A stretch of 62,844 nt of DNA, filler included, from Candidatus Ancaeobacter aquaticus (GCA_030765405.1; 5 parts of 5 records of this genome joined end to end with filler, not necessarily neighbours in it); one strand, 5' to 3'. Positions 26,907 to 39,895 are shown, counted from the first letter of the whole stretch. Translations and numbers: made by a program. The notes: generated from the letters alone by a model not told the origin.

Positions 26907-29900
26907 TTATAAACCTTTCTTCTTTTCTTTACGTTCTTTTTTTTCTTCTTTAACTGCTTCCTCTTCTGTAATAGTAGCCATATCAATGTTACGGTGCGTG
27001 TTATAGCCAGTTCCACCGGGTATAACGTGGCCCATAATAACATTCTCTTTAAAACCTCTCAGAGTATCCACTTTACCGCTTGTTGCAGCTTCTGTTAAAA
27101 CTCTTGTTGTCTCCTGGAACGATGCAGCAGATATGAAACTGTCTGTACTGAGTGACGCTTTGGTAATACCCAAGAGTAGCGGTGCAGCTTCAGCAGGCTT
27201 ACCTTTCTTTGCTCGTACTCTTTTATTCTCATCTTCAAACTTTTTCTTATCAACTTGTTCTTCAAAGATAAAGTTCGTATCGCCCGGCTCGACGATCGTC
27301 ACTTTTCGCAGCATCTGACGAATAATAACTTCTATGTGCTTGTTGTTAATTTCAACACCTTGTAAGCTATACACTTCCTGTATTTGATTAACCAAATATT
27401 CCTGCAAGTCACGCGGTCCGCAGACTTCGAGTATTTCTTGTGGGACAATAGGTCCTTCTGTAAGCTGCTGTCCCTTTTTCACATTATCACCTTTAAACAC
27501 AATGAGGTGCTTACCGTGCGGTATGAGATGCTCTTCTTCCATCCCTGAATCAGGGTCTTTTACAATCAATTTTCGCTTCCCTTTAACAGCACCATGAAAT
27601 TCAACCATACCGTCAATCTTCGCGATCTCAGCGGCTTCTTTTGGACGCCTTGCCTCAAAAAGCTCTGTTACGCGCGGCAGACCACCGGTAATATCTTTTG
27701 TTTTTGCTACTTTTCGCGGCGTTTTTGCCAGCAGTGCTCCTGCAGCAACCTTCTCACCATTATCAACAACAATATGCGCTCCTGCTGGAATAGTGTAATA
27801 TGCGGAAGGTTCACCGTTTTCTCCCATAATTATTATCTGAGGATGCAGCTCTTCTTTATGCTCCATAATAACACAACCGAAAAGACCGGTTGATTCATCC
27901 ATTTCTTTCTTAACGGTCACATTATCGAGGAAATCATGAAATTCAATTGTTCCTTCTTTTTCAGACAAAATAGGAATATTGTACGGATCCCATTTTACGA
28001 ACGATTGACCCTTTTTAACCTTACCTTTTGGAGGAGAACTGATAACTGACCCAATAACTACCGTGTATTTCTCCAATTCACGGCCCTCTTCATTATGAAT
28101 GCTGACATACCCGTTCTTATTTAACACGATACAGGTTTTATCTTTTGTTTCAACATATCGCAACTCATGAAATTTTATATATCCATCATTGCGCGCAACG
28201 ATTTGCGGCTGCTTAAATGTCTGAGATGCCGTACCACCAATATGGAATGTTCTCATGGTAAGCTGTGTTCCGGGCTCACCAATTGATTGAGCGGCAATAA
28301 TTCCTACTGCTTCACCCATATCTACCGTTCTCCCTGTCGCAAGATTTCTTCCATAACATTTCTTGCAAACACCGGTTGGTGCGTTACAGGTTAACACTGA
28401 ACGTATTTTAATCTGCAGTAGGCCAATTTTTTCAATCCACTTTGCAGCTTTCTCGTCTATTTCAGTGTTTCGTTTAACGATAACCGCTCCGCTAACCGGA
28501 TCTTTAACGTCTTCTAAAACTGTTCGACCCAAAATACGATCGTACAGGTTTACCATTTCATCATCGCCCTCCATAATAGCTTTCGCAACAATGCCGTTTA
28601 CGGTTTTGCAATCTTCCATGGTAATAATAACATCCTGTGACACATCAACGAGTTTACGCGTAAGGTATCCTGAATCAGCTGTTTTAAGAGCAGTATCGGC
28701 CAAACCTTTTCGAGCACCATGTGTAGAAATAAAGTATTCGAGCACACTTAAACCTTCTCGGAAATTCGCAATAATGGGAGATTCAATAATTTCACCGGAT
28801 GGCTTTGCCATCAAGCCTCTCATTCCAGCAAGCTGCCTGATCTGCTGCTTGCTTCCGCGAGATCCAGAATCAACCATGATAAAAATTGGATTCGCTTGCG
28901 GCAAACCACGATTATATTCGAGACCGCTAAACAAAGATTCTGCGACTTTATCAGTTGTATGTGTCCAGATATCTATAATTTTATTATATCTTTCACCGTC
29001 AGTAATACTACCACTACGGTATTGTTTTTCAACTTCGTTTATTTCGCCATGAGCTAATTCAAGAAGCTCTTTTTTCTCATTTGGAATAATCATATCATCT
29101 ATACCTATAGAAATACCCGCACGTGTTGCTTCTGTGAAACCGAGAGTTTTGATTTCATCTAAAAGTTCTACCGTTCGTTCATGTCCTACTTTTTGGTAGC
29201 ACTCAAGAATAAGTTTCCCTAAACGTCTCTTTCCAACATTTTCATTTACGTACTCTATTGCCGAAGGAAGAACATTATTAAAAATAACTCTCCCAACAGT
29301 TGTTTCAATGAGTTTTCCATCTATCCTTACTTTTATTCTATCATGAATCGTTACCACCTTTTCATCGTAGGCGAGCACTGCCTCTTCTTTATCAGAAAAA
29401 ACTTTTGTTCTCCCTTCAGCATTTGTCGGCCTGTAGAGCGTAATATAATAACAGCCAAGTGTAATATCCTGCGTAGGTGTCGTAACCGGTTTTCCGCTTG
29501 AAGGTGAGAAGATATTGTTTGATGCAAGCATAAGGAGACGTGCTTCAGCTTGTGCCTCAAACGATAAAGGAACGTGTACTGCCATCTGGTCACCATCAAA
29601 GTCAGCATTAAATGCAGTACATACTAATGGATGAATCCTAATAGCTTTACCTTCAATGAGCATTGGTTCAAAAGCTTGAATACCAAGCCGGTGAAGTGTT
29701 GGCGCACGATTGAGTAGTACCGTATGGCCTTTTACAATTTCCTCTAATACATCCCATACTTCTATTGATTGCTTCTCTATCATCTTTTTTGCACTGCGAA
29801 TAGTGTGAACAAGTCCTCTTTCCTTTAACTTCCTAATAATAAATGGTTCAAACAATTCAAGTGCCATTTGTTTTGGGAGACCGCATTGATGCAGCTTTAG

Positions 29901-31082
29901 TTCCGGGCCAATAACAATAACTGAACGACCAGAATAATCAACACGCTTACCGAGAAGATTCTGTCTGAAGCGTCCTTGTTTACCTTTGAGCATATCAGCG
30001 AGTGATTTTAACGGCCTATTTCCTGAGCCAACAACTGGCCTACCATGTCTTCCATTATCAAAAAGCGCGTCAACAGCTTCTTGCAACATTCTTTTTTCGT
30101 TACGAACAATTACATCTGGCGTTTTAAGCTCCAAGATGCTTCGCAATCTGTTGTTTCTGTTTATAACGCGACGATACAAATCATTTAAATCAGATGTGGC
30201 AAACCGACCGCCTTCTAACGGAACTAATGGGCGTAAGTCAGGTGGAATAACAGGAACAATATCCAGAACCATCCATTCAGGACTATTCTCAGATTTTCTA
30301 AAACCTTCAACGATCTTAAGGCGTTTTGCAATCTTTTTGCCTGCCTGTTTTGATTTTGTTTTTTTGAGCTTTTCTCTAAGTTCAGTTGCTAAATCATCGA
30401 GTGATTCTTTTTGCAGTAGCTCTTTTATCGCCTCAGCACCCATCTTTGCGTTGAACTTTCTACCGTATTTTTCTTGTGCTTCACGGTATTCGAGTTCACT
30501 CAAAAGTTGTTTTAGCTGTAGAGCCGTATCCCCTTCATTGGTAACAATATAATCTTCGTAATAAATGACGCGTTCTAATGCACGCGAACTTAAGCCAAGA
30601 ATATTTCCTATACGGCTTGGCATAGATTTGAGATACCATATATGCGATACCGAAGCAGCTAAATCAATGTGCCCCATACGATCACGTCGTACTTTAGACT
30701 GAGTTACCTCTACTCCACAACGATCGCACACTATACCTTTATATTTAATCCTTTTGTATTTGCCGCAGTTACATTCCCAATCACGCGTCGGACCAAATAT
30801 CTTTTCACAAAAAAGACCGCCCTTCTCAGGCTTAAAGGTACGATAATTGATCGTTTCAGGATTCTTTACCTCACCCTTTGACCATTGTCTCATAACTTCC
30901 GGTGAAGCAACACGTATTGATACTGTATCGAACATATTCGTAACAAGATGCGAAACATCTTCCGTGGTTTCTTCAATATCAATGCTCTGAGACTCTAAAG
31001 ACTCTTTGAGCTTTACTTCTTTTTTACTCTCTTTAACCTCGGTCTTAGATTTTACTTTTTGTTTTGCCAAGGTACCCTCCAA
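26907..31082 (-). CDS. rpoC: RNA polymerase beta' subunit
   Basis: NADFDGD catalytic motif, N-terminal zinc finger. Confidence 0.98.
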   Translation of the reverse strand: MEGTLAKQKVKSKTEVKESKKEVKLKESLESQSIDIEETTEDVSHLVTNMFDTVSIRVASPEVMRQWSKGEVKNPETINYRTFKPEKGGLFCEKIFGPTRDWECNCGKYKRIKYKGIVCDRCGVEVTQSKVRRDRMGHIDLAASVSHIWYLKSMPSRIGNILGLSSRALERVIYYEDYIVTNEGDTALQLKQLLSELEYREAQEKYGRKFNAKMGAEAIKELLQKESLDDLATELREKLKKTKSKQAGKKIAKRLKIVEGFRKSENSPEWMVLDIVPVIPPDLRPLVPLEGGRFATSDLNDLYRRVINRNNRLRSILELKTPDVIVRNEKRMLQEAVDALFDNGRHGRPVVGSGNRPLKSLADMLKGKQGRFRQNLLGKRVDYSGRSVIVIGPELKLHQCGLPKQMALELFEPFIIRKLKERGLVHTIRSAKKMIEKQSIEVWDVLEEIVKGHTVLLNRAPTLHRLGIQAFEPMLIEGKAIRIHPLVCTAFNADFDGDQMAVHVPLSFEAQAEARLLMLASNNIFSPSSGKPVTTPTQDITLGCYYITLYRPTNAEGRTKVFSDKEEAVLAYDEKVVTIHDRIKVRIDGKLIETTVGRVIFNNVLPSAIEYVNENVGKRRLGKLILECYQKVGHERTVELLDEIKTLGFTEATRAGISIGIDDMIIPNEKKELLELAHGEINEVEKQYRSGSITDGERYNKIIDIWTHTTDKVAESLFSGLEYNRGLPQANPIFIMVDSGSRGSKQQIRQLAGMRGLMAKPSGEIIESPIIANFREGLSVLEYFISTHGARKGLADTALKTADSGYLTRKLVDVSQDVIITMEDCKTVNGIVAKAIMEGDDEMVNLYDRILGRTVLEDVKDPVSGAVIVKRNTEIDEKAAKWIEKIGLLQIKIRSVLTCNAPTGVCKKCYGRNLATGRTVDMGEAVGIIAAQSIGEPGTQLTMRTFHIGGTASQTFKQPQIVARNDGYIKFHELRYVETKDKTCIVLNKNGYVSIHNEEGRELEKYTVVIGSVISSPPKGKVKKGQSFVKWDPYNIPILSEKEGTIEFHDFLDNVTVKKEMDESTGLFGCVIMEHKEELHPQIIIMGENGEPSAYYTIPAGAHIVVDNGEKVAAGALLAKTPRKVAKTKDITGGLPRVTELFEARRPKEAAEIAKIDGMVEFHGAVKGKRKLIVKDPDSGMEEEHLIPHGKHLIVFKGDNVKKGQQLTEGPIVPQEILEVCGPRDLQEYLVNQIQEVYSLQGVEINNKHIEVIIRQMLRKVTIVEPGDTNFIFEEQVDKKKFEDENKRVRAKKGKPAEAAPLLLGITKASLSTDSFISAASFQETTRVLTEAATSGKVDTLRGFKENVIMGHVIPGGTGYNTHRNIDMATITEEEAVKEEKKERKEKKKGL

Positions 31083-31127
31083 TATATTTGTATGTCTTGC
31101 ATTTATTTTTATCGTAGAATTCTTTTA

Positions 31128-34100
31128 TTACTCTTTGTCTTTTTCTCTTTCAGGTCTCACATCAAGCGCTAAACTCTGCATTTCCTTGATCAACACGTTG
31201 AATGATTCCGGAGTACCTGCTTCAAGATAATTTCTTCCTTTTACAATCGATTCATAAATCTTTGTTCTTCCAACAACATCATCACTTTTCACCGTCATGA
31301 GCTCTTGTAATAAGTATGCCGCACCATATGACTCAAGTGCCCACACTTCCATTTCTCCGAAACGCTGTCCTCCGAATTGTGCCTTACCGCCAAGTGGCTG
31401 CTGTGTCACAAGTGAGTATGGCCCAATAGAACGAGCATGGATCTTATCTGCAACAAGGTGACCAAGCTTCATCATATAGATATATCCTACCACAACTTTC
31501 TGATCAAATTTTTCACCTGTTCTGCCGTCAAACAATTCCACTTTACCGCTTTCAGGCAAGTTGGCTTGCACGAGCATTTCACGTATCTTCGATTCTTTAA
31601 TTCCATCAAATACCGGCGTCATAACTTTCAGACCGAGTATCTCTGCCGCCCAACCAAGATGTGTTTCAAGAACCTGTCCTACATTCATACGAGAAGGTAC
31701 ACCAAGCGGATTCAACACCATATCGACCGGTCTTCCGTCCGGTAAAAACGGCATATCTTCATCAGCAAGAATCTTAGCAACAATACCCTTATTTCCATGG
31801 CGACCTGCCATCTTGTCACCAACTTGCAGCTTTCTCTTGCTTCCAATATATACCTTAACTTGTTTAATTACCCCCGGATCAAGCTCATCTCCCTTTTTGA
31901 CTTTTTCTGCCATTCTATTTTCAGCAGTCTCAAATTCTTCATTTGCTTTATCGTAATCCATCAGGATTTTCTTGATTTCATAGCTGATAGAACTTTGCGG
32001 GATTTCGATATTTTTGTAATCTATCATCTCTAGTTTCTCAAGCTGAGCACGAGTAACTTTTTTGTCTTTACTGATAACGAATTCACCTGTTTCAGTATTA
32101 ACTATATCCATTGTAAGCTTTTGCCCGAGAAGCAATTCTTCCATTCGTATTGAACGTTCTTCCTTGATAATTTCATACTTCACCTTAAAATCAGAGGTAA
32201 TTTTTCTCAGCTCTTTCTTTTCTTCAAGTTTGTCTTGATCTGTTCGCGCTCTATCTTTACGCGCAAATACTCTCACGTCCATCACGACACCTTCAATACC
32301 TGAAGAAACCTTCAGTGATGTATCTCTTACATCAGCTGCTTTTTCTCCAAATATTGCCCTGAGCAACCTTTCTTCAGGTGAAAGTTCTGTTTCACTCTTC
32401 GGAGTTATTTTTCCTACAAGAATGTCACCCGATTTTACTTCTGCCCCTAACCGTATAACTCCATCTTCACCAAGATCCTTTAATGCTTCTTCACCAACAT
32501 TAGGAATATCACGGGTAATTTCTTCTTTGCCGAGCTTTGTATCACGTGCACCTACCTCAAACTCTTCAATATGGATCGAAGTAAATACGTCATCTCGAAC
32601 TAAACGTTCACTGATTAAGATAGCATCCTCAAAGTTGTATCCTCCCCACGGCATAAACGATACAAGAACATTTTTCCCGAGGGCAAGCTCTCCGTCTTTC
32701 GTTGCAGGACCATCAGCAATAATCTGACCTTTTTTGATCTTATCACCTTTTTTAACAATCGGTCTTTGATTAACACTTGTTCCCGCGTTAGAGCGAAGAT
32801 ATTTTCTCAGCGGATAATCTTTTTTGCCGATTCTAATATTTTTAGAATCAACTTCCTCAACAACACCATCCTCTGCAGAAAGCTCCATTACACCGGAGTC
32901 TCGTGCTGTACGATATTCAAGACCGGTTGCAACAAGCGGGGCTTCTGTAATTACCAGCGGAACAGCTTGACGTTGCATATTTGAACCCATAAGAGCTCTA
33001 TTTGCATCATCATGTTCTAAAAACGGTATCAATCCCGCAGCAACGCTGACGAGCTGACGAGGTGATACGTCCATATAATCAACTTTTTCAGGTGACACTA
33101 AAAGAACATCACCTTTATACCGCACCTGAACTTTATCACTTGCAAATATACCTTTATCATCAATTTCTGCATTTGCCTGAGCAATAATAAACTGCTCTTC
33201 AACATCAGCAGTAAGATACTCGATCTTATCAGTAACACGACCTTCAGCTGCTTTTCTATACGGTGTCTCAAGAAAACCATACTCGTTTACCCTTGCATAT
33301 GTTCCCATAGACGCAATAAGACCAATGTTCGGACCTTCAGGCGTTTCAATCGGACATATTCTACCATAATGACTGGTATGTACGTCACGTACTTCAAAAC
33401 CTGAACGTTCCCTATTTAATCCACCTGGTCCTAATGCTGATAATCGTCTTTTATGCGTCAGTTCGCTTAATGCGTTCGTCTGATCCATAAACTGCGATAA
33501 TTGGCTTCTCCCAAAGAAATCTTTTATAACACTTGAAAATCCTTTAGGATTTATGAGCTTATGTGGTGTCAAAGATTCCTGATTGACATCATAAAGATTC
33601 ATACGTTCTTTAATCATGCGCTCCATTCTTGCTAACCCGATACGACATTGATTCTGCAAGAGCTCACCAACAGAACGAACTCTTCTGTTACCCAAATGGT
33701 CTATATCATCGATCTTGCCTTCACCGTTCTTTAAATTGAGAAGATATTTTATTGCTCGCATAATATCTTCTTTTCTTAATGTGGTTAGAGACAATTCATC
33801 TTCCGTTAACTTCATTGCTAACTTTTGATTAAGCTTAAACCGCCCGACACGACCTAAGTCATATCTCCTACGATCAAAAAACAATCTCCGGATAAGGGCT
33901 TTTGCATTTGTTATTGTTGCAGGATCACCTGGGCGCAACTTCTTATATATGTCCTTTAATGCTGCTTCCTGTGAGTCAATAGGATCTTTGCGCATCATTT
34001 TAATAATAGGTGACTCATCATTTGCATTTTTAAGGATTTCAATTGTTTTTATATTTAAATCCTCTAATCTTGTTAAAAGTACTTTCGTGATTTTATCTGG

Positions 34101-34862
34101 AGCACGAGAAATTATCGCGCCACTCTTGTCGTCTTTTACGTCACGCGCGAGGATTTTACCTATTAAATCGGCACTATTTATCTTGCCATCAATTTTAATT
34201 TCATCTTTACCAAAAAACTGTCCAAGAATCTCATCATTTGTTCCGTATCCGATTGCCCGCAAGAATGTTGTTGCCAATATCTTTCGTCTTCCTTTTCTCC
34301 GGTCAATATATGCATACATGAGATCATTCATATCAAACTTTACTTCAAGCCATGATCCACGGTAAGGAATGATCCTCAGTGAGAATAGTGTTAATCCACT
34401 GGGATGAGCTTCCTGCTCAAAACAAATACCGGGAGAACGATGTAACTGGCTCACGATCACTCTCTCAGCGCCATTAATAATGAATGTTCCTGTCGGAGAC
34501 ATAAGCGGAATCATCCCCATGTAGACGACTTCATCTTTTATTGCGCCGTGATCTTTTAATCGAAAATTTACTTTAAGCGGTGCAGAATAAGTAAGACCTC
34601 TCCTTTGACATTCCAAAAGATCATACTTTGGTACACCAATAGTGTACCCACGATATTCCAACACCAAGCTTTCATCATAACTCGTCACAGGGAGTATCTC
34701 ATTAAATACTGCCTGCAATCCCTTATTTTCCATTTTTTCAGGTATTGTGTCCACTTGCAAATAATCGTTATACGAATTGATTTGCATTTCAATCAAGTGC
34801 GGCATGTCAACCACATCCTGAAACTTTGCAAAACTACTTCTTTTTGTAATAGGTTTTCTCAT
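31128..34862 (-). CDS. rpoB: RNA polymerase beta subunit
   Basis: [29 protein letters not shown] favours ATG 34862. Confidence 0.98.
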   Translation of the reverse strand: MRKPITKRSSFAKFQDVVDMPHLIEMQINSYNDYLQVDTIPEKMENKGLQAVFNEILPVTSYDESLVLEYRGYTIGVPKYDLLECQRRGLTYSAPLKVNFRLKDHGAIKDEVVYMGMIPLMSPTGTFIINGAERVIVSQLHRSPGICFEQEAHPSGLTLFSLRIIPYRGSWLEVKFDMNDLMYAYIDRRKGRRKILATTFLRAIGYGTNDEILGQFFGKDEIKIDGKINSADLIGKILARDVKDDKSGAIISRAPDKITKVLLTRLEDLNIKTIEILKNANDESPIIKMMRKDPIDSQEAALKDIYKKLRPGDPATITNAKALIRRLFFDRRRYDLGRVGRFKLNQKLAMKLTEDELSLTTLRKEDIMRAIKYLLNLKNGEGKIDDIDHLGNRRVRSVGELLQNQCRIGLARMERMIKERMNLYDVNQESLTPHKLINPKGFSSVIKDFFGRSQLSQFMDQTNALSELTHKRRLSALGPGGLNRERSGFEVRDVHTSHYGRICPIETPEGPNIGLIASMGTYARVNEYGFLETPYRKAAEGRVTDKIEYLTADVEEQFIIAQANAEIDDKGIFASDKVQVRYKGDVLLVSPEKVDYMDVSPRQLVSVAAGLIPFLEHDDANRALMGSNMQRQAVPLVITEAPLVATGLEYRTARDSGVMELSAEDGVVEEVDSKNIRIGKKDYPLRKYLRSNAGTSVNQRPIVKKGDKIKKGQIIADGPATKDGELALGKNVLVSFMPWGGYNFEDAILISERLVRDDVFTSIHIEEFEVGARDTKLGKEEITRDIPNVGEEALKDLGEDGVIRLGAEVKSGDILVGKITPKSETELSPEERLLRAIFGEKAADVRDTSLKVSSGIEGVVMDVRVFARKDRARTDQDKLEEKKELRKITSDFKVKYEIIKEERSIRMEELLLGQKLTMDIVNTETGEFVISKDKKVTRAQLEKLEMIDYKNIEIPQSSISYEIKKILMDYDKANEEFETAENRMAEKVKKGDELDPGVIKQVKVYIGSKRKLQVGDKMAGRHGNKGIVAKILADEDMPFLPDGRPVDMVLNPLGVPSRMNVGQVLETHLGWAAEILGLKVMTPVFDGIKESKIREMLVQANLPESGKVELFDGRTGEKFDQKVVVGYIYMMKLGHLVADKIHARSIGPYSLVTQQPLGGKAQFGGQRFGEMEVWALESYGAAYLLQELMTVKSDDVVGRTKIYESIVKGRNYLEAGTPESFNVLIKEMQSLALDVRPEREKDKE

Positions 34863-34962
34863 GTAAATAAACTCCATTTAACTTTTATAGATTAAATGAA
34901 AGTTATGAAGGAGCGTTTGCTCCCTCATAATAACAATTACGAACTCTATGTTTATATTTAAC

Positions 34963-35346
34963 TTACTTTACTTCTACTTTTGCACCAACTGCTTCAAGCT
35001 TTGCTTTAATCTGATCAGCTTCTTCTTTAGTTGCACCTTCCTTTACCGGTTTCGGAGCACCATCAACAAGATCTTTTGCTTCTTTTAGTCCGAGACTGGT
35101 AAGTGCACGAACTTCTTTAATAACCTGGATCTTGTTAGCGCCAACTTCAGCAAGAATTACGTTGAACTCTGTCTTCTCTTCAGCAACAGCAGTATCGCCG
35201 GCAGCAGTAGCAGCAGCAACAGCTACAGGAGCTGCAGCAGATACGCCAAATTTATCTTCGAGAGATTTCACAAGCTCCGAAAGTTCCAAGACAGTCATTC
35301 CCTCTATCTTCTGTATTAAGTCTTCCATTACTTTTTGATCAGCCAT
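34963..35346 (-). CDS. rplL: 50S ribosomal protein L7/L12
   Basis: [18 protein letters not shown]. Confidence 0.97.
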   Translation of the reverse strand: MADQKVMEDLIQKIEGMTVLELSELVKSLEDKFGVSAAAPVAVAAATAAGDTAVAEEKTEFNVILAEVGANKIQVIKEVRALTSLGLKEAKDLVDGAPKPVKEGATKEEADQIKAKLEAVGAKVEVK

Positions 35347-35453
35347 CGTTATTAACCCTCCTCGTTAATTTTCGTCTAACCTTTTAGACTATAGTGATTT
35401 TTTATATGTTGAGCATAATAGACGGGATGCATCTCTTCCCATCGTTTATACGA

Positions 35454-35990
35454 TTATCCGTCCGAAGACCCTTCTTTTACTTTTTTCTCTATCAATGCAT
35501 TCAATACGTATAACGGTTTTTTCTGAATACCCGTCAAAACATTTACCAAACCACAGATAGGTGCCTGTAACTGCCCGATGAATCTCGCAATCATTACATC
35601 TTTAGAAGGCAATGTCGCTAAATATTCAATCTGCTCTTTTGGTATCAGATCCTTATTAATGATGCCTGCTTTTATCTTTGGTGATTCATTTGTTTTCATG
35701 AATTTTACCAGTGTTTTTGCCACTTCCGCCTGGTCACCATGAAGAAACAACACAGCAGTCGGCCCCGTCAAAAACTCATCGACTCCATCAATATTTGCTT
35801 TCGCTAACGCTCTCACAAACAATCTGTTCTTAACAACAGAATAATCCGTAGATTTTTCACGCAAAAGCGATCTGAGATCATTCGCCTTATCAGAGGTAAT
35901 TCCCATATAATCAGTCAAAATCATCGCGTTCGATCCATCAATCTTCTTGAAGAGCTCCTCAATTATGTCGTTTTTCTCAATTCTCATCAC
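35454..35990 (-). CDS. rplJ: 50S ribosomal protein L10
   Basis: VVKNRL, GPTAV; position between rplA and rplL. Confidence 0.95.
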   Translation of the reverse strand: MMRIEKNDIIEELFKKIDGSNAMILTDYMGITSDKANDLRSLLREKSTDYSVVKNRLFVRALAKANIDGVDEFLTGPTAVLFLHGDQAEVAKTLVKFMKTNESPKIKAGIINKDLIPKEQIEYLATLPSKDVMIARFIGQLQAPICGLVNVLTGIQKKPLYVLNALIEKKVKEGSSDG

Positions 35991-36016
35991 TCACTCCACT
36001 TTCTTGTTCTAAAAAA

Positions 36017-36727
36017 TCATATTCCTTTGATGTTTATTTCTTTTAAATCTATTCCAAGTCCGGGGCTCATCGTTGATGATATAACACACCTTTTCATGTA
36101 TACACCTTTTGCTCCGGATGGCTTTGCCTTATAAATCGCCTCTATAACGGTAAGACCGTTTTCAGCTAATTTGTCTTTTTCAAACGATAATTTCCCGATT
36201 GATACATGAAGATTACTTGTTTTATCAATCTTATATTCAATCTTTCCTTTTTTTACTTCTTTTACCGCTTTTCCAATTTCCTGTGTAACTGTTCCGGCTT
36301 TTGGACTCGGCATCAATCCCTTTGGTCCCAATATCTTTCCTAATTTACTGAGATCTTTCATCAAATCAGGTGTCGCAATAGCAACATCAAAATCTGTCCA
36401 ACCACCCTTTACTTTTTCAATGAGATCATCATCACCAACGTGTTCGGCACCTTCACTTTTAGCAGCTTCAACATTTGATGGTTCCTTGGTAAATACCGCT
36501 ACTCTCACGAGTTTACCGGTACCATGCGGCAGTGTAACCGTGCCTCGCACCATCTGATCAGAATGTCTCGTATCAACACCCAGGCTAAATGAAATATCAA
36601 CAGCTTCATCAAACTTAGGTTTTTGATCAACTTCTTTTAAAATATCGATTGCATCAGACAGTTTATATACCTTTTCCTTATCAACTTTTTCAGCAACGTG
36701 TGTATATCTTTTACTATGCTTTTTCAT
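36017..36727 (-). CDS. rplA: 50S ribosomal protein L1
   Basis: DQMVRG, LGPKGLMPSPK, SSTMSPG. Confidence 0.97.
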   Translation of the reverse strand: MKKHSKRYTHVAEKVDKEKVYKLSDAIDILKEVDQKPKFDEAVDISFSLGVDTRHSDQMVRGTVTLPHGTGKLVRVAVFTKEPSNVEAAKSEGAEHVGDDDLIEKVKGGWTDFDVAIATPDLMKDLSKLGKILGPKGLMPSPKAGTVTQEIGKAVKEVKKGKIEYKIDKTSNLHVSIGKLSFEKDKLAENGLTVIEAIYKAKPSGAKGVYMKRCVISSTMSPGLGIDLKEINIKGI

Positions 36728-36754
36728 GAATCAAAAATCCTTATTGTTTAATAG

Positions 36755-37177
36755 TTATGCTATTTCAATACCCATACTGCGTGCGGTTCCTTCAATCATC
36801 TTTATTGCAGAGTCTTCACTATCGCAGTTTAAATCTTTCATTTTTAGCTTCGCTATTTCTTTCATCTGGTCACGGGTCACTTTTCCCACCTTATCTTTGT
36901 TTGGCACTCCTGACCCCTTTGCAATACCCACATGCTTTTTAAGCAGTACTGCAGCAGGAGGTGATTTGGTGATAAAAGAAAAACTTTTATCATGATAAAC
37001 CGAGATCACAACAGGAATAATAAGTCCTGCTTTTTCTTTTGTAGCTGCGTTAAACTGCTTACAAAATTCCATAATATTGACTCCCTGCTGACCAAGCGCA
37101 GGACCAATAGGTGGAGCAGGGTTTGCCGCTCCCGCAGGAATTTGCAATTTAACGAACGCTGTTACTCTTTTAGCCAT
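36755..37177 (-). CDS. rplK: 50S ribosomal protein L11
   Basis: [20 protein letters not shown]. Confidence 0.97.
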   Translation of the reverse strand: MAKRVTAFVKLQIPAGAANPAPPIGPALGQQGVNIMEFCKQFNAATKEKAGLIIPVVISVYHDKSFSFITKSPPAAVLLKKHVGIAKGSGVPNKDKVGKVTRDQMKEIAKLKMKDLNCDSEDSAIKMIEGTARSMGIEIA

Positions 37178-37259
37178 TATTTCCTCCGTATTATCAGACT
37201 ACACATGCTCCCTATGTGCAATATCTACCGCACCGGGAAACAAGAGGCGTGTGTCCTGA

Positions 37260-38138
37260 TTATGTTTTTTCAACCTGCCAATATTCTAATTCTACCGGTG
37301 TCGCCCTTCCAAAAATTAATACCATTACTCTTAATCTACCGCGGTCCGGATTTATTTCTTCTATCGAACCCGTAAAGTTTATAAATGGACCTTCTTTTAC
37401 TTTTACGATCTCGCCTATTTCGAACAATATCTTCGGTTTTACTTTTTCTTTTTTCTCTTCAATCTGCGTAACAACTGCATTCACTTCATCGTCTCTTAAA
37501 GGGACCGGCTTTCCCGCACCAATAAAACCGATTACCCCTGGAGTCTCTTTAATAAAATACCAGGTATCATCATTAAAGATCATATTTACAAGCACATACC
37601 CAGGATAAAATTTACGTGAAGAAACTCTTTTTTTACCGCTCTTTACTTCAGAAACATTTTCAGTCGGTATCAATATTTGCGATATAAATTCTGTCATTTC
37701 TTCGGGCTTTATTCTGCTATCCATACTGTTTTTGACTTTTTGCTCCTGGCCGCTCAAAGAATGAACTACGTACCAGCTCATACCCTTGCCACTTTGAGTA
37801 ACCTCAAGTTCGCTAGCAGCAGGACTGCCTTCCTCTTTAACTTCGCGCTTATCGTTTTTAATCGAATTGTTTTCTTCAGGTTCACCCTGCCCTTCACCGC
37901 TATCCGCGTCTTCAGTAACTTTGCTACTATCATTTTCACTCGACACAGATTCTTCTTCCACTTCTTCGGTCTCTTGAGTTTCTTCTAGCGAGACTTCGTC
38001 GTCATTACTTTTTACTTCTTCAGTAGACTGCTCCTGATCAGGAGTGCATTCTTCATCAACAGGTGCACTCTCAGTGCTTGCCACAGTTTCTTCTTCGTTG
38101 ATTATGTCATTTTTATTTTCATCAGTGTGCATATACAT
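37260..38138 (-). CDS. nusG: Transcription factor NusG with a long acidic N-terminal extension
   Basis: WYVVH, FYPGYVLV, TPGVIGF and KOW motif EGPF...IFGRATPVEL, preceded by ~115 Glu/Asp/Ser-rich residues. Confidence 0.93.
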   Translation of the reverse strand: MYMHTDENKNDIINEEETVASTESAPVDEECTPDQEQSTEEVKSNDDEVSLEETQETEEVEEESVSSENDSSKVTEDADSGEGQGEPEENNSIKNDKREVKEEGSPAASELEVTQSGKGMSWYVVHSLSGQEQKVKNSMDSRIKPEEMTEFISQILIPTENVSEVKSGKKRVSSRKFYPGYVLVNMIFNDDTWYFIKETPGVIGFIGAGKPVPLRDDEVNAVVTQIEEKKEKVKPKILFEIGEIVKVKEGPFINFTGSIEEINPDRGRLRVMVLIFGRATPVELEYWQVEKT

Positions 38139-38142
38139 TTCC

Positions 38143-38331
38143 TTATAAACTTACTATCTTTCTTATTATTCCCGCTAATGCCCAATCAACAACACCAATA
38201 TAGGTAGCTAAAATCAATAATGAAACTATTACAATAACGGTTGAATCAATAAGTTCCTTCCTTGTTGTCCATGACACCTTTTTCAGCTCATCGACTACTT
38301 CCGTTAAAAAAGTAACAACTTTATTTGCCAT
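38143..38331 (-). CDS. secE: Preprotein translocase SecE
   Basis: ELKKVSW motif, one TM helix. Confidence 0.93.
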   Translation of the reverse strand: MANKVVTFLTEVVDELKKVSWTTRKELIDSTVIVIVSLLILATYIGVVDWALAGIIRKIVSL

Positions 38332-38386
38332 ACTTTCAACCCAACTTTCCGTATTCTTTCTCAGCAAAGATTGCTGCCAAAAACTT

Positions 38387-38460
38387 CAGGCCAGGAGGGA
38401 CTTGAACCCCCAACATCCGGTTTTGGAGACCGGCGCTCTACCAATTAGAGCTACTGGCCT
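38387..38460 (-). tRNA. trnW: tRNA-Trp (CCA)
   Basis: AGGCCAG/CTGGCCT acceptor stem, CCGGT-CTCCAAA-ACCGG anticodon arm, GTTCAAG T-loop; CCA tail not encoded. Confidence 0.97.
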
Positions 38461-38524
38461 ATAGTCCGCATGGCCAGAATGTTCAAGCAGGTCTCCCCAC
38501 GCTTCTTTTCCTGACCAAAGTTAC

Positions 38525-38674
38525 TCACTTTGTCTCTTTATGTACCGTATGTGCACGATCGAATCGACAGAACTTTTTTGTTTCAAGACGTTCTTTATGT
38601 TGTGTCTTATTCTTTTTAGTGGTGTAATTTCTATTTCCACACTGAGTACATTCTAATGTAATAATTTCACGCAT
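38525..38674 (-). CDS. rpmG: 50S ribosomal protein L33 (missed by ORF track)
   Basis: [23 protein letters not shown]...[17 protein letters not shown], 49 aa. Confidence 0.95.
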   Translation of the reverse strand: MREIITLECTQCGNRNYTTKKNKTQHKERLETKKFCRFDRAHTVHKETK

Positions 38675-38732
38675 TTTTAAACTCTTCTTTAGGTTTACTA
38701 TCTACTATAAGATCATCACTTATAGCGACACG

Positions 38733-38858
38733 TTATTCAACAATATCAGAGATTCTACCGGCGCCGATTGTTCGTCCGCCTTCTCGTATCGCAAATCTCA
38801 AACCTTTTTCCATCGCTACCGGCACAATCAACTCCAACTCGATCGCTACATTATCTCC
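38733..38858 (-). CDS. tuf: Elongation factor Tu, 3' part of a second copy (cut by gap)
   Basis: [34 protein letters not shown]. Confidence 0.95.
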   Translation of the reverse strand, partial: GDNVAIELELIVPVAMEKGLRFAIREGGRTIGAGRISDIVE

Positions 38859-38859
38859 C

Positions 38860-38959
38860 NNNNNNNNNNNNNNNNNNNNNNNNNNNNNNNNNNNNNNNNN
38901 NNNTTAATTAATTAANNNNNNNNNNNNNNNNNNNNNNNNNNNNNNNNNNNNNNNNNNNN
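38860..38959. other. Artificial contig linker
   Basis: N44-TTAATTAATTAA-N44. Confidence 0.97.
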
Positions 38960-39003
38960 CCGTTTTTGTTGTAAGTTCTTGTGGTTGACATGCTTATAGC
39001 ATA

Positions 39004-39285
39004 TCACAAACGGAGGGAATTGCAAGAAAACAATTTATATAAATTGTTTAAATATAAAGACTTATGCGTTTTGCATAAGGCATTGTCATACATACAAAAA
39101 GGAGGGTCATTCTCCTGATACATAGCAACAATGACTTTCCCCCGATCAAGTATTCTGGTCATATCAGGGGAAAGATTCTCATTGGCACTATCCTCGGCTT
39201 GGAGAAAAGTGGTAGGAACAGATAGAAAAATGCACACACCCATTATATACGACAGGATTTTGCTGTTTCCACTCGCACGTCTCAT
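39004..39285 (-). pseudogene. Truncated ABC-type substrate-binding protein
   Basis: Signal peptide and RILDRGKVIVAM...PPF start typical of family-3 binding proteins, then unrelated AT-rich sequence after about residue 67. Confidence 0.55.
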
Positions 39286-39313
39286 GTAAAGAATGTCCTT
39301 TTATAGGTGTATA

Positions 39314-39847
39314 CTATTTCTTGTTTTTGATCGCTTTTTCAGCTTCTTTTTTATACTTATCAGCTTGATTCAACGCGTCGTGCTCTCTTTGAGCGGCCTG
39401 GCCTTCAGCTTTTTTTGCTTCGGTTACTTGTTTTTTAAGGTCTGCTTTTTCAGTGTTCTGCTGAAGTGTATCCGTCGCTTTTTTTGCGTCTACTGCTTCT
39501 TTCTTTAACTTATTCGCTTGTTCTTCTGCCTGCGTGGCTCTTTTATCTGATTGTGATTTCTCTTCCTTTGCAGCATCAAAGGCATCCTTTTTCTCGCCTA
39601 TTGCTTGTTTCTTTACCGCTTTTTGCGCCCCAAGAGATCTCTTCTGGGCCTGCTCAGCAACGTGCTTGGCGTCGGAAGAAACACGGTCAGTTTTACGCTC
39701 ATCAAGAACCTTTTCCTTCATTTCCTTTGATTTTCCCATTGTTGCTAATGAATCGCCCGCCTTATCAAGAACAGACTCCTCGGCATGCACTGAAAAAACA
39801 CATACGGTAAATAGATATACCACAATGATAGTTCCCATCTTTTTCAT
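39314..39847 (-). CDS. Secreted Ala/Lys/Glu-rich coiled-coil protein
   Basis: Signal peptide ending VHA-EE, low-complexity helical body, AAGGAGA RBS. Confidence 0.7.
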   Translation of the reverse strand: MKKMGTIIVVYLFTVCVFSVHAEESVLDKAGDSLATMGKSKEMKEKVLDERKTDRVSSDAKHVAEQAQKRSLGAQKAVKKQAIGEKKDAFDAAKEEKSQSDKRATQAEEQANKLKKEAVDAKKATDTLQQNTEKADLKKQVTEAKKAEGQAAQREHDALNQADKYKKEAEKAIKNKK

Positions 39848-39895
39848 TGTATCTCCTTTCGGGCTAACACCCTTTTATAAACATTAAACTTCTTT

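Noticed and set aside
27133..35338. Numerous plus-strand short ORFs opposite rpoBC and other conserved genes
   Set aside because: Antisense shadows of strongly conserved genes, with no RBS or motifs.
37178..37259. L1-binding leader upstream of rplK
   Set aside because: A CACAT-AGGGAGC-ATGTG hairpin exists, but I cannot match the internal-loop consensus by eye.
39045..39080. dif/Xer-like site (CGCATAA arm, CTTATGC/GCATAAG palindrome) at the truncation of the binding-protein gene
   Set aside because: The XerD-arm match needs either many mismatches or a 4-nt spacer; too weak to call.
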